The notes beneath the pieces were generated by a model. The model had not been told where the DNA came from, did not search any database, and saw nothing but the letters and a program-made list of their open reading frames with translations. From a virus (lineage: Duplodnaviria > Heunggongvirae > Uroviricota > Caudoviricetes): a stretch of DNA of 41,439 bases. The DNA is taken from positions 1 through 41,439 of IMG/VR virus record IMGVR_UViG_3300044630_004416. The stretch is one strand, 5' to 3'. Shown piece after piece: positions 1-8,103 of this stretch. Every line of letters starts with the position of its first letter. The stretch's first letter is position 1. Made by a program: the position numbers and the translations under genes.

Positions 1-9
1 TAGTGGGAA

Positions 10-82
10 TGGAAGATAGCGGACTCGAACCGCTGACATCCTGCTTGCAAAGCAGGCGCTCTACCAACTGAGCTAATCCCCC
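10..82 (-). tRNA. tRNA-Ala (anticodon TGC)
   Basis: Reverse complement folds as a cloverleaf: GGGGGAT/ATCTTCC acceptor with G3:U70, D arm GCTC/GAGC, anticodon arm CCTGC-TTTGCAA-GCAGG, T loop TTCGAGT. No encoded CCA. Confidence 0.96.
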
Positions 83-241
83 AGATGGATTAGGTGTGAA
101 ACCAGGGACCTAATCTCTATCCGTATGCTGACTTTGCAGTTCAACGTCAAACTAGTAAACTAAACAACGGCGATTGTAGTCTATGTTGAATAATATACTA
201 GTGGTATTTACCGTCAGAAGGAAAGTTCTGTTAACGGTAAG
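83..241 (-). ncRNA. Candidate structured RNA in the tRNA-Pro/tRNA-Ala spacer
   Basis: Hairpins TTACCGT..ACGGTAA (inner CAGAA/TTCTG), ACTAGTA..TACTAGT and GATTAGG..CCTAATC. No ORF. Confidence 0.35.
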
Positions 242-315
242 TCGGAATGATAGGATTTGAACCTACGGCATCTCGCTCCCAAAGCGAGTGCTCTACCAAA
301 CTGAGCTACATTCCG
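242..315 (-). tRNA. tRNA-Pro (TGG)
   Basis: CGGAATG/CATTCCG acceptor, anticodon arm CTCGC-TTTGGGA-GCGAG, T loop TTCAAAT. Confidence 0.96.
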
Positions 316-391
316 TGGTAGTCTCACCGAGGATTGAACTCGGATTTTTACCTTGAAAGGGTAACGTCCTGACCAGTTAGACGATGAGACC
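316..391 (-). tRNA. tRNA-Glu (TTC), CCA encoded
   Basis: GGTCTCA/TGAGACT acceptor followed by ACCA, anticodon arm TTACC-CTTTCAA-GGTAA. Abuts tRNA-Pro. Confidence 0.95.
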
Positions 392-725
392 TTGATGAGA
401 GAATAAGATGCATGTTTAATCTTGATTTAAAATCAAGCGGCTTCATTATTCTCCCCAATTCCAGTTATCGCTGAGACATCATCTACACACTGGCAAACTC
501 TGATGATGAATGTTTTGGGTGAATGGTGGGAATCTGTCATACCCACAATCAGGAAGGTTACACTGACAACCGTATTTCCTAATACCTAGATTCTTCTTGG
601 TCGGAAGTTCTATACCTTTGATTTCTCAACGATACAGCGGGCACCACCCCTAACCTATTACATTATCCCGTGAGTAACCACAAGGATTGTTCTGTCACAT
701 TCTTTGGAGAACCGTCGCTCTCCAA
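392..725 (-). ncRNA. Candidate structured ncRNA in the tRNA-Ile/tRNA-Glu spacer
   Basis: About 330 nt with no ORF and at least 7 hairpins, including CTGTATC-GTTGA-GAAA-TCAA-A-GGTATAG (GNRA loop, G-U wobbles). Confidence 0.45.
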
Positions 726-797
726 TAGGACTGCAGGGAATTGAACCCCGTTCACACCGTTATAAGCAGTGGGCCTTAACCAATAGGCGACAGTCCC
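726..797 (-). tRNA. tRNA-Ile (TAT, unusual UAU anticodon)
   Basis: GGGACTG/CAGTCCT acceptor, anticodon arm CACTG-CTTATAA-CGGTG, T loop TTCAATT. Confidence 0.9.
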
Positions 798-805
798 AGA
801 CTAAA

Positions 806-1057
806 TTAACGAACTTCGTAATCTAGTCTTCTTATTCGTCTCTTTGGAGTCATTGGTTCCATAATCTTTTGTTTCTCTTTTGGTTTAGTGAATCCACTCA
901 CCATTTCAACACGGCTCATGTCTTCAGCAATTATAACAGGTAATCCGTTGTTGTCAAGTCTTATGTAGGCTCTATTAGGACACTTACATGATTGACCACG
1001 GTTTGGTTGAGTTACTTGCAAATCAGTGTTGCAATCTTTGCATCTAATTTTGTACAT
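806..1057 (-). CDS. Hypothetical protein with putative Zn-binding CxxC...CxC motif
   Basis: 83-aa ORF with CKDC and CKCPN motifs, lying between tRNA genes. Confidence 0.75.
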   Translation of the reverse strand: MYKIRCKDCNTDLQVTQPNRGQSCKCPNRAYIRLDNNGLPVIIAEDMSRVEMVSGFTKPKEKQKIMEPMTPKRRIRRLDYEVR

Positions 1058-1087
1058 TGTTTCATACCTTAAAATATTCAGTTGTCA

Positions 1088-1161
1088 CGACTCAGGAGGG
1101 ACTTGAACCCCCGACCAACTGCTTAGAAGGCAGATGCTCTATCCAGCTGAGCTACTGAGTC
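1088..1161 (-). tRNA. tRNA-Arg (TCT)
   Basis: GACTCAG/CTGAGTC acceptor, anticodon loop CTTCTAA, T loop TTCAAGT. Confidence 0.96.
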
Positions 1162-1173
1162 ATTTGTGTAGTA

Positions 1174-1202
1174 ATTGTACCAGACTAATCTTGCTTTGTC
1201 AA
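1174..1202 (-). promoter_or_regulatory. sigma70-type promoter for tRNA-Arg and downstream genes
   Basis: TTGACA-17 bp-TACAAT on the minus strand, within the last codons of the upstream ORF. Confidence 0.75.
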
Positions 1203-1583
1203 GGGGCAGTCTGGGACCCATGGAGCACAGAGTCGGATTTCTCCTCCCAGTGCTCGACACTCATCAGTATAACACACAGAAGTGTCCACTGGTTTCTCTG
1301 AGTATCGGGGCGGTGGAATTCTAACAGTTCCATCGTCTCCTGTCAAGCGTTCATAATCTGAAATTGCTTTGTCAACATCTCTCTTAACACGACGGTCAAG
1401 AAGTGCTGGGTCCTTTATTATATAGTCGTTTAATTGACTATTTGGAAAATACTTTCTTTGAATTTCGTCAATCAGGTCATACCAATGTATCTCATCAATC
1501 CCTGTACATTTTGTAAGTAATCCTACTGATGAGGTAAGTATAACTCCTATGATTGCAAAATTTATAACTTGTTTCTTATTCAT
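1185..1583 (-). CDS. Hypothetical membrane-anchored protein, 132 aa (start MNKKQVINF)
   Basis: N-terminal hydrophobic helix and four C-terminal Cys. The track's upstream extension overlaps the RlpA-like gene, so ATG 1583 is preferred. Confidence 0.75.
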   Translation of the reverse strand: MNKKQVINFAIIGVILTSSVGLLTKCTGIDEIHWYDLIDEIQRKYFPNSQLNDYIIKDPALLDRRVKRDVDKAISDYERLTGDDGTVRIPPPRYSEKPVDTSVCYTDECRALGGEIRLCAPWVPDCPLTKQD

Positions 1584-1620
1584 GGGAGGGGAGAACCTCG
1601 TCTCCCCATTATTTAGTCTA

Positions 1621-1983
1621 TCACACTCTAGTGTAACAGATATTTGCCACTCCCTGTCCTGGATGTGCAATTGAAGAGAATGCCCCATAAGACAGGTCAA
1701 GGTCACGTCCTCCGACATATGGACCTCTATCATTCACTCGCACAATAACTGATTTACCATTTGATTGATTAGTCACCCGCAACTTTGTACCAAATGGAAG
1801 CCATTTATGTGCTACCGATTTACCATATGCATTGTATCTTTCACCGTTAGCGGTGGTTCTACCGTGATATCCATCACCAATACCATAATGTGAAGCCATT
1901 GAACATCCGCTGGCTGCTTCAGCTTTTTGGGGCGTAAATCCAAGAAGTGTTGAAGCAATAAGAAGTGTTGAAATAAAACGCAT
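1621..1983 (-). CDS. RlpA-like (double-psi beta-barrel) lytic transglycosylase family protein with signal peptide
   Basis: Motifs TANGERYN, AHKWLPFGT, VRVNDRGPY and RDLDLS. Signal peptide ends in an AEA site. Confidence 0.9.
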   Translation of the reverse strand: MRFISTLLIASTLLGFTPQKAEAASGCSMASHYGIGDGYHGRTTANGERYNAYGKSVAHKWLPFGTKLRVTNQSNGKSVIVRVNDRGPYVGGRDLDLSYGAFSSIAHPGQGVANICYTRV

Positions 1984-2104
1984 TTAAATTAATAGAACTC
2001 TACATCCCAATAGAAGGGGGGTACACCACACCTCTCGGTGGGCACCTTCCTGGGCACAAAATGACAACAACTCAATCGCTTATAATATAAATTGGTGTTG
2101 TCAA

Positions 2105-2187
2105 TGGGCAGGGCTGGATTTGAACCAGCGTTGGACAGAGCCGCCTGATTTACAGTCAGGTTCCTTAAACCACTCGGACACCTACCC
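2105..2187 (-). tRNA. tRNA-Tyr (GTA), long variable arm
   Basis: GGGTAGG/CCTGCCC acceptor, anticodon arm CTGA-CTGTAAA-TCAG, extended variable arm, T loop TTCAAAT. Confidence 0.95.
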
Positions 2188-2303
2188 GATAAGCCTAAAA
2201 TTAGTAATGCCTCCTTCTATGCTATCTGCATAGCGAGTAACATATTTCCAGCTGGACTTGTGGCGGAAATGCCAAAAGGTTTACTGACTTCAGACTTGAA
2301 CCA

Positions 2304-2332
2304 AGTTTACCAGAAATTGATTCGGTTGTCAA
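2304..2332 (-). promoter_or_regulatory. sigma70-type promoter for the tRNA cluster
   Basis: TTGACA-17 bp-TAAACT on the minus strand, about 115 nt upstream of tRNA-Tyr. Confidence 0.7.
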
Positions 2333-2343
2333 GGTACTGGGGA

Positions 2344-2351
2344 TATTTATA
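2344..2351 (-). promoter_or_regulatory. T4-type late promoter TATAAATA upstream of the tRNA cluster
   Basis: Exact T4 late consensus just after the endolysin stop codon. Confidence 0.65.
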
Positions 2352-2355
2352 AAAC

Positions 2356-3054
2356 TTATGGGTTCTGGAAAACCCTACCCCATCCATCGTTGCCACCAGG
2401 GCACCACCTACGAGCTAGCTCAGAGCGTTTGTAGATGGCACCCTTACCGTTGCTTACAGCGCCCGTATACCCGTCGTTGAGGCTACCGTAGGGGTCATTG
2501 ACGACGTAATCTCCTGATGGTGTCTTGCCTTTAATGACTATCATGTGTCCGCCTGTGGGATTAGATAGAGGACCGCGATGAAGAATACCAGCAACAACAG
2601 GTCTGCCAGCGGCAAGCTCCCTATCAAGGTCAGCAAAAGTAAGGGAATAGCTGAAACTTGACTTAATGCCATAAGATGCGAGAACACGAGTTTGAACCAT
2701 GTGGTCCGTTGAGTCACCGATTGCAAATACTTTTTGAACGTAGGCATCATCGCCCTTTGCTCCTTTGAGTGTGCCTGGTTTAAAATATTCTAAAACCATA
2801 GCACAGGCAGATGAATTACAGGTGCGATTAGCATCTCTGTAGTTATCTGTTTGAGGAAACCAAGGCACATCAAGAATGTTTGATTTTGGTTTCTCTGGTT
2901 GAGTTCTATAAATTCTGACCCAGTTTGCTGAGTCTTCCATTTCTTCTGGTGCTTTCTTTTCAAGAGTCTTTTCTAACTCTTCTACAGCAGCAACATGTTT
3001 TGGATTATTTTCATCAAAATGTTTGAAGAAGTTATGTAAATCAATTCTAGCCAT
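2356..3054 (-). CDS. Putative endolysin, peptidase C39-like family
   Basis: Papain-like Cys/His/Asp arrangement (TCNSSACAM, GGHMIV, VNDPYG), typical of cyanophage endolysins. Confidence 0.8.
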   Translation of the reverse strand: MARIDLHNFFKHFDENNPKHVAAVEELEKTLEKKAPEEMEDSANWVRIYRTQPEKPKSNILDVPWFPQTDNYRDANRTCNSSACAMVLEYFKPGTLKGAKGDDAYVQKVFAIGDSTDHMVQTRVLASYGIKSSFSYSLTFADLDRELAAGRPVVAGILHRGPLSNPTGGHMIVIKGKTPSGDYVVNDPYGSLNDGYTGAVSNGKGAIYKRSELARRWCPGGNDGWGRVFQNP

Positions 3055-3388
3055 CTTTACCTCCGAATAGTTTAATAAAGTACTCTGCGTCTATTACTAC
3101 TAATGGTTTTTTATGATTCTTTTTCATTACCACAATAGGTTCATAATTACCTGCATTTGCTTTTGCTTGTTCATATGCTTCCCAGACATTGAGTTTTTCA
3201 ACATTCTTACATTCAATACTCAATGGGAATTTTTCTCTAGCAGCTCTTGCCATAATCAAATCTTCACCACCAGCACCCATAGAGCGTGATTCAATATCTT
3301 CAGGATGTATGTTTAATTCTTCTATGAGCTTTTCTCTCATCCACTTCTGGAGATTTCTCCCCTTAGCTTTAGCACTTTGAGGCTTCAT
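3047..3388 (-). CDS. Holliday junction resolvase-like (PD-(D/E)xK) nuclease
   Basis: SAKAKGR, GEDL and IECKN motifs; conserved cyanophage family. Confidence 0.75.
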   Translation of the reverse strand: MKPQSAKAKGRNLQKWMREKLIEELNIHPEDIESRSMGAGGEDLIMARAAREKFPLSIECKNVEKLNVWEAYEQAKANAGNYEPIVVMKKNHKKPLVVIDAEYFIKLFGGKDG

Positions 3389-3417
3389 TATATGTTTATA
3401 TTTAACTTAAAATATTT

Positions 3418-3447
3418 ATCTGACCCTCAACAGAGTCATTATACACA
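3418..3447. repeat. 30-bp repeat, copy 1 (inverted relative to 33417-33446)
   Basis: Reverse complement TGTGTATAATGACTCTGTTGAGGGTCAGAT is identical to 33417-33446. Confidence 0.9.
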
Positions 3448-3466
3448 GATTCCAGGGGGTTGTCAA
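3438..3466 (-). promoter_or_regulatory. Consensus sigma70 promoter
   Basis: TTGACA-17 bp-TATAAT on the minus strand, upstream of the resolvase-like gene. Confidence 0.85.
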
Positions 3467-3585
3467 GTCCCAAGTTTTATGCTGTTTTTTGCAGTTTAAG
3501 AAGAGAACCAACCTAGTTCCCCTACAACTGGGTTTAATGGTCAAAACATGATGGTTTTTCTGCCTGGTTACTGAAAATTTGAGAC

Positions 3586-3611
3586 AAAAAAAGAGGGGGT
3601 CCAGCCCCCTC
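3586..3611 (-). terminator. Intrinsic terminator after the 312-aa gene
   Basis: GAGGGGG-CTGGA-CCCCCTC followed by 7 T on the minus strand. Confidence 0.85.
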
Positions 3612-3632
3612 GTAACTTGATTGTCCAGATTA

Positions 3633-4571
3633 TCAACCTTCTAGAATTGACTCAATCCAAACTTCTGACATATTTACCATAATAGCTTGAGCTGCTTCTG
3701 GAGTTTCAGCATAGCCTTCCTCTAGAAGATGCTCTAGAACTACATCATATACATCTGTTTCTTCTCCAAGTCTGGATGCAAGCTTACCTGCACCAGAAGC
3801 TACCTTTCTAGCTACTCTACCAACTAGGCTCTTGCCAGTTTTCTTTGCAGCAGAACCTGCTGCTTGCATCTTAGCCTGAGCAGCATCACTTGTAGACTTA
3901 GTTTTTTCTACTGCAGATTGTCCAGCTGACTTAACAGCACCCTTTACTTTCTCTACGCCACGCTGTAGTTTATTAGCAGCTCTTGATGCTAGATGTCCAA
4001 CTACTGCAGAGCGAACTCCTCTACGACCTGATGGGTCTTTTGAAGCTTGCTTCATTCCGATAGCACTTCTATTGAGTGTCTGACCCTTTTTGCCTGTTAC
4101 TAGTTTATGCTTAGCAGCATAATCACCAGCAGCAGTATCTACTACCTTTCTAGCTTTTTGAACACCACTTTGTACAGCAGCCTTTACTCTACCTGCAGCT
4201 TTTCCTGGAGCATCTTTAACTGCCTGAGCTTGTCTTTGACGAGCAGCAGAAACTACTGCAGTACGTCTTGCTTGCTGACGCATTGCAGTTCCTTGACCAG
4301 TGGTTACTTTACTGGAAGAACCAGCGGCTCCACCACGACCCATGGTTACGGTAGCTTCCTCAAGAATATCTTCAAATGCTTCTTCAATTTCGTCTAGGTC
4401 GTAACCTTCTTCGACCATAGCTTCGATTGTTTCATCAACAATCTCTTCTAGTTCATCATCATAGAGATAATCAATATCTTCAAATAGTTCTGTTTCTTCG
4501 GTAAGAGTTTCCCTTAGTTCGTCGTCATAGACAGCGAAATAAGACTCATAAAGTTTTTGAGTACTTGTCAT
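3633..4571 (-). CDS. Late hypothetical protein, probably virion-internal (acidic ends, Ala/Lys/Arg-rich core)
   Basis: Late promoter TATAAATA at 4603-4610. C-terminal module DVVLEHLLEEGYAETPEAAQAIMVNMSEVW is typical of T4-like cyanophage proteins. Confidence 0.75.
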   Translation of the reverse strand: MTSTQKLYESYFAVYDDELRETLTEETELFEDIDYLYDDELEEIVDETIEAMVEEGYDLDEIEEAFEDILEEATVTMGRGGAAGSSSKVTTGQGTAMRQQARRTAVVSAARQRQAQAVKDAPGKAAGRVKAAVQSGVQKARKVVDTAAGDYAAKHKLVTGKKGQTLNRSAIGMKQASKDPSGRRGVRSAVVGHLASRAANKLQRGVEKVKGAVKSAGQSAVEKTKSTSDAAQAKMQAAGSAAKKTGKSLVGRVARKVASGAGKLASRLGEETDVYDVVLEHLLEEGYAETPEAAQAIMVNMSEVWIESILEG

Positions 4572-4602
4572 TGGAGTTTTTATAAATGTTACTTTATAGT
4601 AT

Positions 4603-4610
4603 TATTTATA
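4603..4610 (-). promoter_or_regulatory. Late promoter TATAAATA
   Basis: Exact consensus about 30 nt upstream of ATG 4571. Confidence 0.75.
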
Positions 4611-4626
4611 AAAACTCCTTTATTAG

Positions 4627-5793
4627 TTATAGTTTAAATCCAGAGAACATATCTTTATTCACATCTTGTTTAATTCCACCAATTACATAGCTTTCAATTT
4701 CTGTTTCTTGTGGTGCGTTTTGCATCATCTTAGAATTTAGCCAATGCTCAGTCCAAGGAAGAGGATTATTTGACATAGAAATATCAAACGCAGGCTTAAG
4801 TCCAATTGCTTTCATTCTACGATTAGCAATATATTCCACATAAGAAGCAAGTAACTTTGAATTTAATCCAATCATAGAACCATCTTTAAACAGATATTCT
4901 GCCCATGCCTTTTCTTCATTTACTGCTTTCTTGAACATTTCATATACATTCTCTTCTTCTTCCTGCATAATTTCTACCATTTGAGCATCATCACCATTCT
5001 TCCAATTCTTAATGATGTTCTGAGTAATTACAAGATGTTGAGATTCATCTCTAGCAATTAGAGAAATAATCTTTGCAGAACCCTCCATTATTTTGAGTTC
5101 TCCAAAAGCAAAAGAGCAAGCAAACGAAACATAGAACCGAATACCCTCAAGGATATTTACATTCATTACTGCACGATATAGTTTTCTCTTAAGTTCTTTA
5201 AGTTCGATACTAGCAGTTGAATGTGAAGTTCCTAAACTCCAGAGATTTCCAGAATCCCACTGATGAGCAGACTCAATAAATTCATCATATGCTTCAGTAA
5301 CACTCTTTGCTCTTTCTAGAATTTTTTCATCATCTAGAATTGTATCAAATACTTCAGATACATCTGGATACACATTTTTAATAATGTAAGTATATGAGCG
5401 ACTATGAATCATTTCCATAGTTTCCCAAATTTTCATACAAGCCTCTAATTCGGGAAGAGAACAATATGGAGAAAATGCCATGCCAGGACCACGACCCTGA
5501 ACAGAGTCAAGCATAATCTGATACTTCAAATTAGAAGTAAAAATATGTTTTTGTTCTGGGCGAAGAGTAGCATAATCTGCACGGTCCTTCTGGAGGGAGA
5601 CCTCTTCAGGTCTCCAGAAGTATCCCAGTTGCTGTTGAGTTAGCTTGTCAAAGATAGGGTACTTATAAGTATCATATCTTTGAATACCAAGTGGAGCACC
5701 AAAAAACATTGATTGCTTTTTAATGTCTACATGATTACTATTAAATACTGTCATTCCTTTAATTTCACTGTTTGTATTTTTAATGAATTGCAT
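4627..5793 (-). CDS. nrdB: Ribonucleotide reductase class Ia beta subunit
   Basis: FWRPEEVSL, EMIHSRSY, LEGIRFYVSF, RDESQH and NPLPW motifs. Confidence 0.98.
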   Translation of the reverse strand: MQFIKNTNSEIKGMTVFNSNHVDIKKQSMFFGAPLGIQRYDTYKYPIFDKLTQQQLGYFWRPEEVSLQKDRADYATLRPEQKHIFTSNLKYQIMLDSVQGRGPGMAFSPYCSLPELEACMKIWETMEMIHSRSYTYIIKNVYPDVSEVFDTILDDEKILERAKSVTEAYDEFIESAHQWDSGNLWSLGTSHSTASIELKELKRKLYRAVMNVNILEGIRFYVSFACSFAFGELKIMEGSAKIISLIARDESQHLVITQNIIKNWKNGDDAQMVEIMQEEEENVYEMFKKAVNEEKAWAEYLFKDGSMIGLNSKLLASYVEYIANRRMKAIGLKPAFDISMSNNPLPWTEHWLNSKMMQNAPQETEIESYVIGGIKQDVNKDMFSGFKL

Positions 5794-5805
5794 GTAATTT
5801 CTCCG

Positions 5806-8103
5806 TTAAATTTTGCAGCTCTCGCAGTCGTCTTCAGCTTCTAATTGACATAGCAATTGTTCCAATGCTTCTCCTTTTACTTCAGTGTCTGCATCAGTTT
5901 TACTATCATATGTATTTTGATAGTATGATGTCTTCCATCCATACTTATAGGTCATAAGTAAATCTTGTGCCATTATAGAAACTGGAACTTCATTATCTGG
6001 ATAATTCTCTGGATTGTATGACCAGTTTCCAGAAATTGCTTGGTCAAAGAATTTCTGCATCACAGCAACAATGTTAATATAACCAGTGTTACTAGACATA
6101 TCCCAAAGAAGTGTATAATTCTTTTTGAGACTTTGGTAGCTGGGAACAATTTGCTTAAGAGGTCCCTTCTTTGATTTCTTAACGGACAAGTAATCTCTAG
6201 GTGGCTCGATTCCGTTTGTTTCATTTGACACAACGGAACTGCTCTCCGATGGCATCTGTGCCGACAATGTTGAGTTCCTGAGACCGTTAGCCACGATTGA
6301 TGCTCTAAGATTCTCCCAATCATAATTTAGTTCATTGGATACTAGTTCGTCTACATCTTTTTTGTAGGTATCAATAGGAAGAATACCTTGAGAATACTTA
6401 GTGCGATGGAAATATTCACATGGACCTTTTTCTACAGCTAGTCTGTTTGATGCTTTGAGCAGATAATACTGAAAAGCTTCAGTTAGTTCATGTACTGATT
6501 TCCAAGCTTCTTTGTCTTCATACTTAAATCCTTGTTTCGCAAGATAATGAGCAAGTCCAATGTATCCAACTCCAAGAGAACGTCTATTCTTTGTAGATAT
6601 CTCTGCAGCATTTACTGGATATCGTTGATAATCAATAAGCTCATCTAGAGAACGAACAGAAAGGTCACATAGTTCTTCCATTTCGGAATGGTGATTAATC
6701 TTTCCAACATTAATTGCAGAAAGAATACATAGTGCAATTTCTCCTTCTCCATCAATATGTTCAATCGGGTCTGTTGGAAGTGTAATCTCTTGACAGAGAT
6801 TGGACATATTTACTTTATCAATAAATGAAGAGTGTGTGTTGCAATGGTCAATATTCATGATATAGATACGACCTGTTTCTGCTCTTTCCTTTAGAAGGTC
6901 TAGAAAAAGTTCTTGAGCGTTGATAGTTTTTCTCGGAATAGCATCATTTCGTTCTGCAGCCACATACATATCGTCAAACGAATCAGTCCCAAAAGCATCA
7001 TAAAGACCAGGAACGTCGTGTGGAGAGAAGAGAGAAATATCTTCATTCTTGATGAATCGTTCATAGAACAGTTTAGAGATTTGGATACTGTAGTCTAACT
7101 TACGAACACGGTTATCTTCGGTTCCTTTATTATTTTTTAATACGAGAATATCCTCTATTTCCTGGTGCCAAATAGGGAAGTGAACAGTTGCAGAACCACC
7201 ACGGATGCCGTTTTGAGTGCAACATCTGACCGTCGCTTCAAATTTCTTGAGGAACGGAATAACTCCTGTATGGGCAACTTCTCCACCACGAATTTTGCTA
7301 TTGATACCTCTGATTCTGCCCGCATTGATACCAATTCCAGCCCTCTGAGCAACATACCTGCCGATAGCCATGTCAGAACTGAAAATAGAGTTGAGAGAAT
7401 CGTTAACATCAATAAGAACACAAGAAGCAAATTGGCGAAGAGTTGTTCTAACGCCTGCCATAATTGGTGTTGGGATGTTGATTCTGTGCTTGGAGATTGC
7501 GTTGTAGTATCGTTTGACATATTCTAGTCTAGTTTCTTTTGGATACTCTGCAAAGATTGTTGCAGAAATTAGCATATACATGTATTGAGGAGTTTCATAA
7601 ATTGTTTTTGAACTCCTATCCTGTACTAGATATTTGTCTACTACTTGACGAAGACCAGCATAGGTAAAAATATAATCTCTTTCGTGGTCAATCCATGTAT
7701 TAATTTTATCCCATTCTTCATCGGTGTATTTGCTAGCAAGTTCTTTATCATAAACACCTTTTAAAATACCAGTAGTAAGATGCTCTCCTACTGTCGGGAA
7801 CCCGTTTTTCCAATTAGCTCCAAAGACTTGCTTATATAGACCGAACAGGAGAAGACGAGCAGCAACAAACTGATAGTTTGGATTATCAAGGCTAATGAGG
7901 TCACTAGCTGACCGAACCAGGATTTCTTGGATTTCATCAGTAGTAATTCCGTCGTAAAATTGAAGTCCAGATTGAATTTCAACTTGGGAAGCACTAACTC
8001 CTGCCAATCCTCCACAAGCACAATCTACCATACTATGAATCTTATCTAAATTAAGTGGTTCAAGAGTACCATTACGTTTTTTAACTTTAGTACCATTGCT
8101 CAT
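5806..8103 (-). CDS. nrdA: Ribonucleotide reductase class Ia alpha subunit
   Basis: N-terminal ATP cone, PTPIMAG, SCVL, SNLCQEI and QMPSESSS motifs. ATG 8103 overlaps the primase stop (ATGA). Confidence 0.98.
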   Translation of the reverse strand: MSNGTKVKKRNGTLEPLNLDKIHSMVDCACGGLAGVSASQVEIQSGLQFYDGITTDEIQEILVRSASDLISLDNPNYQFVAARLLLFGLYKQVFGANWKNGFPTVGEHLTTGILKGVYDKELASKYTDEEWDKINTWIDHERDYIFTYAGLRQVVDKYLVQDRSSKTIYETPQYMYMLISATIFAEYPKETRLEYVKRYYNAISKHRINIPTPIMAGVRTTLRQFASCVLIDVNDSLNSIFSSDMAIGRYVAQRAGIGINAGRIRGINSKIRGGEVAHTGVIPFLKKFEATVRCCTQNGIRGGSATVHFPIWHQEIEDILVLKNNKGTEDNRVRKLDYSIQISKLFYERFIKNEDISLFSPHDVPGLYDAFGTDSFDDMYVAAERNDAIPRKTINAQELFLDLLKERAETGRIYIMNIDHCNTHSSFIDKVNMSNLCQEITLPTDPIEHIDGEGEIALCILSAINVGKINHHSEMEELCDLSVRSLDELIDYQRYPVNAAEISTKNRRSLGVGYIGLAHYLAKQGFKYEDKEAWKSVHELTEAFQYYLLKASNRLAVEKGPCEYFHRTKYSQGILPIDTYKKDVDELVSNELNYDWENLRASIVANGLRNSTLSAQMPSESSSVVSNETNGIEPPRDYLSVKKSKKGPLKQIVPSYQSLKKNYTLLWDMSSNTGYINIVAVMQKFFDQAISGNWSYNPENYPDNEVPVSIMAQDLLMTYKYGWKTSYYQNTYDSKTDADTEVKGEALEQLLCQLEAEDDCESCKI

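Noticed and set aside
499-520. CTGATGA resembling a hammerhead ribozyme core (plus strand)
   Set aside because: No correctly placed stem II plus GAAA or cleavage triplet, and it is on the strand opposite the tRNA transcript.
1500-1583. Lipoprotein lipobox in the 132-aa protein (LLTKC)
   Set aside because: Lys at -1 violates the lipobox consensus, so it is treated as a TM anchor only.
1584-1733. Upstream extensions of track ORFs (also hsp20 to 22528, 21804-21861, uvsW to 35369, peptidase to 29771)
   Set aside because: They overlap neighbouring genes or promoters. Internal ATGs have an SD or stop/start overlaps and match family N-termini.
2078-2103. TTGACA just downstream of tRNA-Tyr as an RlpA promoter
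   Set aside because: The nearest -10-like hexamer (TATAAG) is at a 14-bp spacing, so it is not supported as a canonical promoter.
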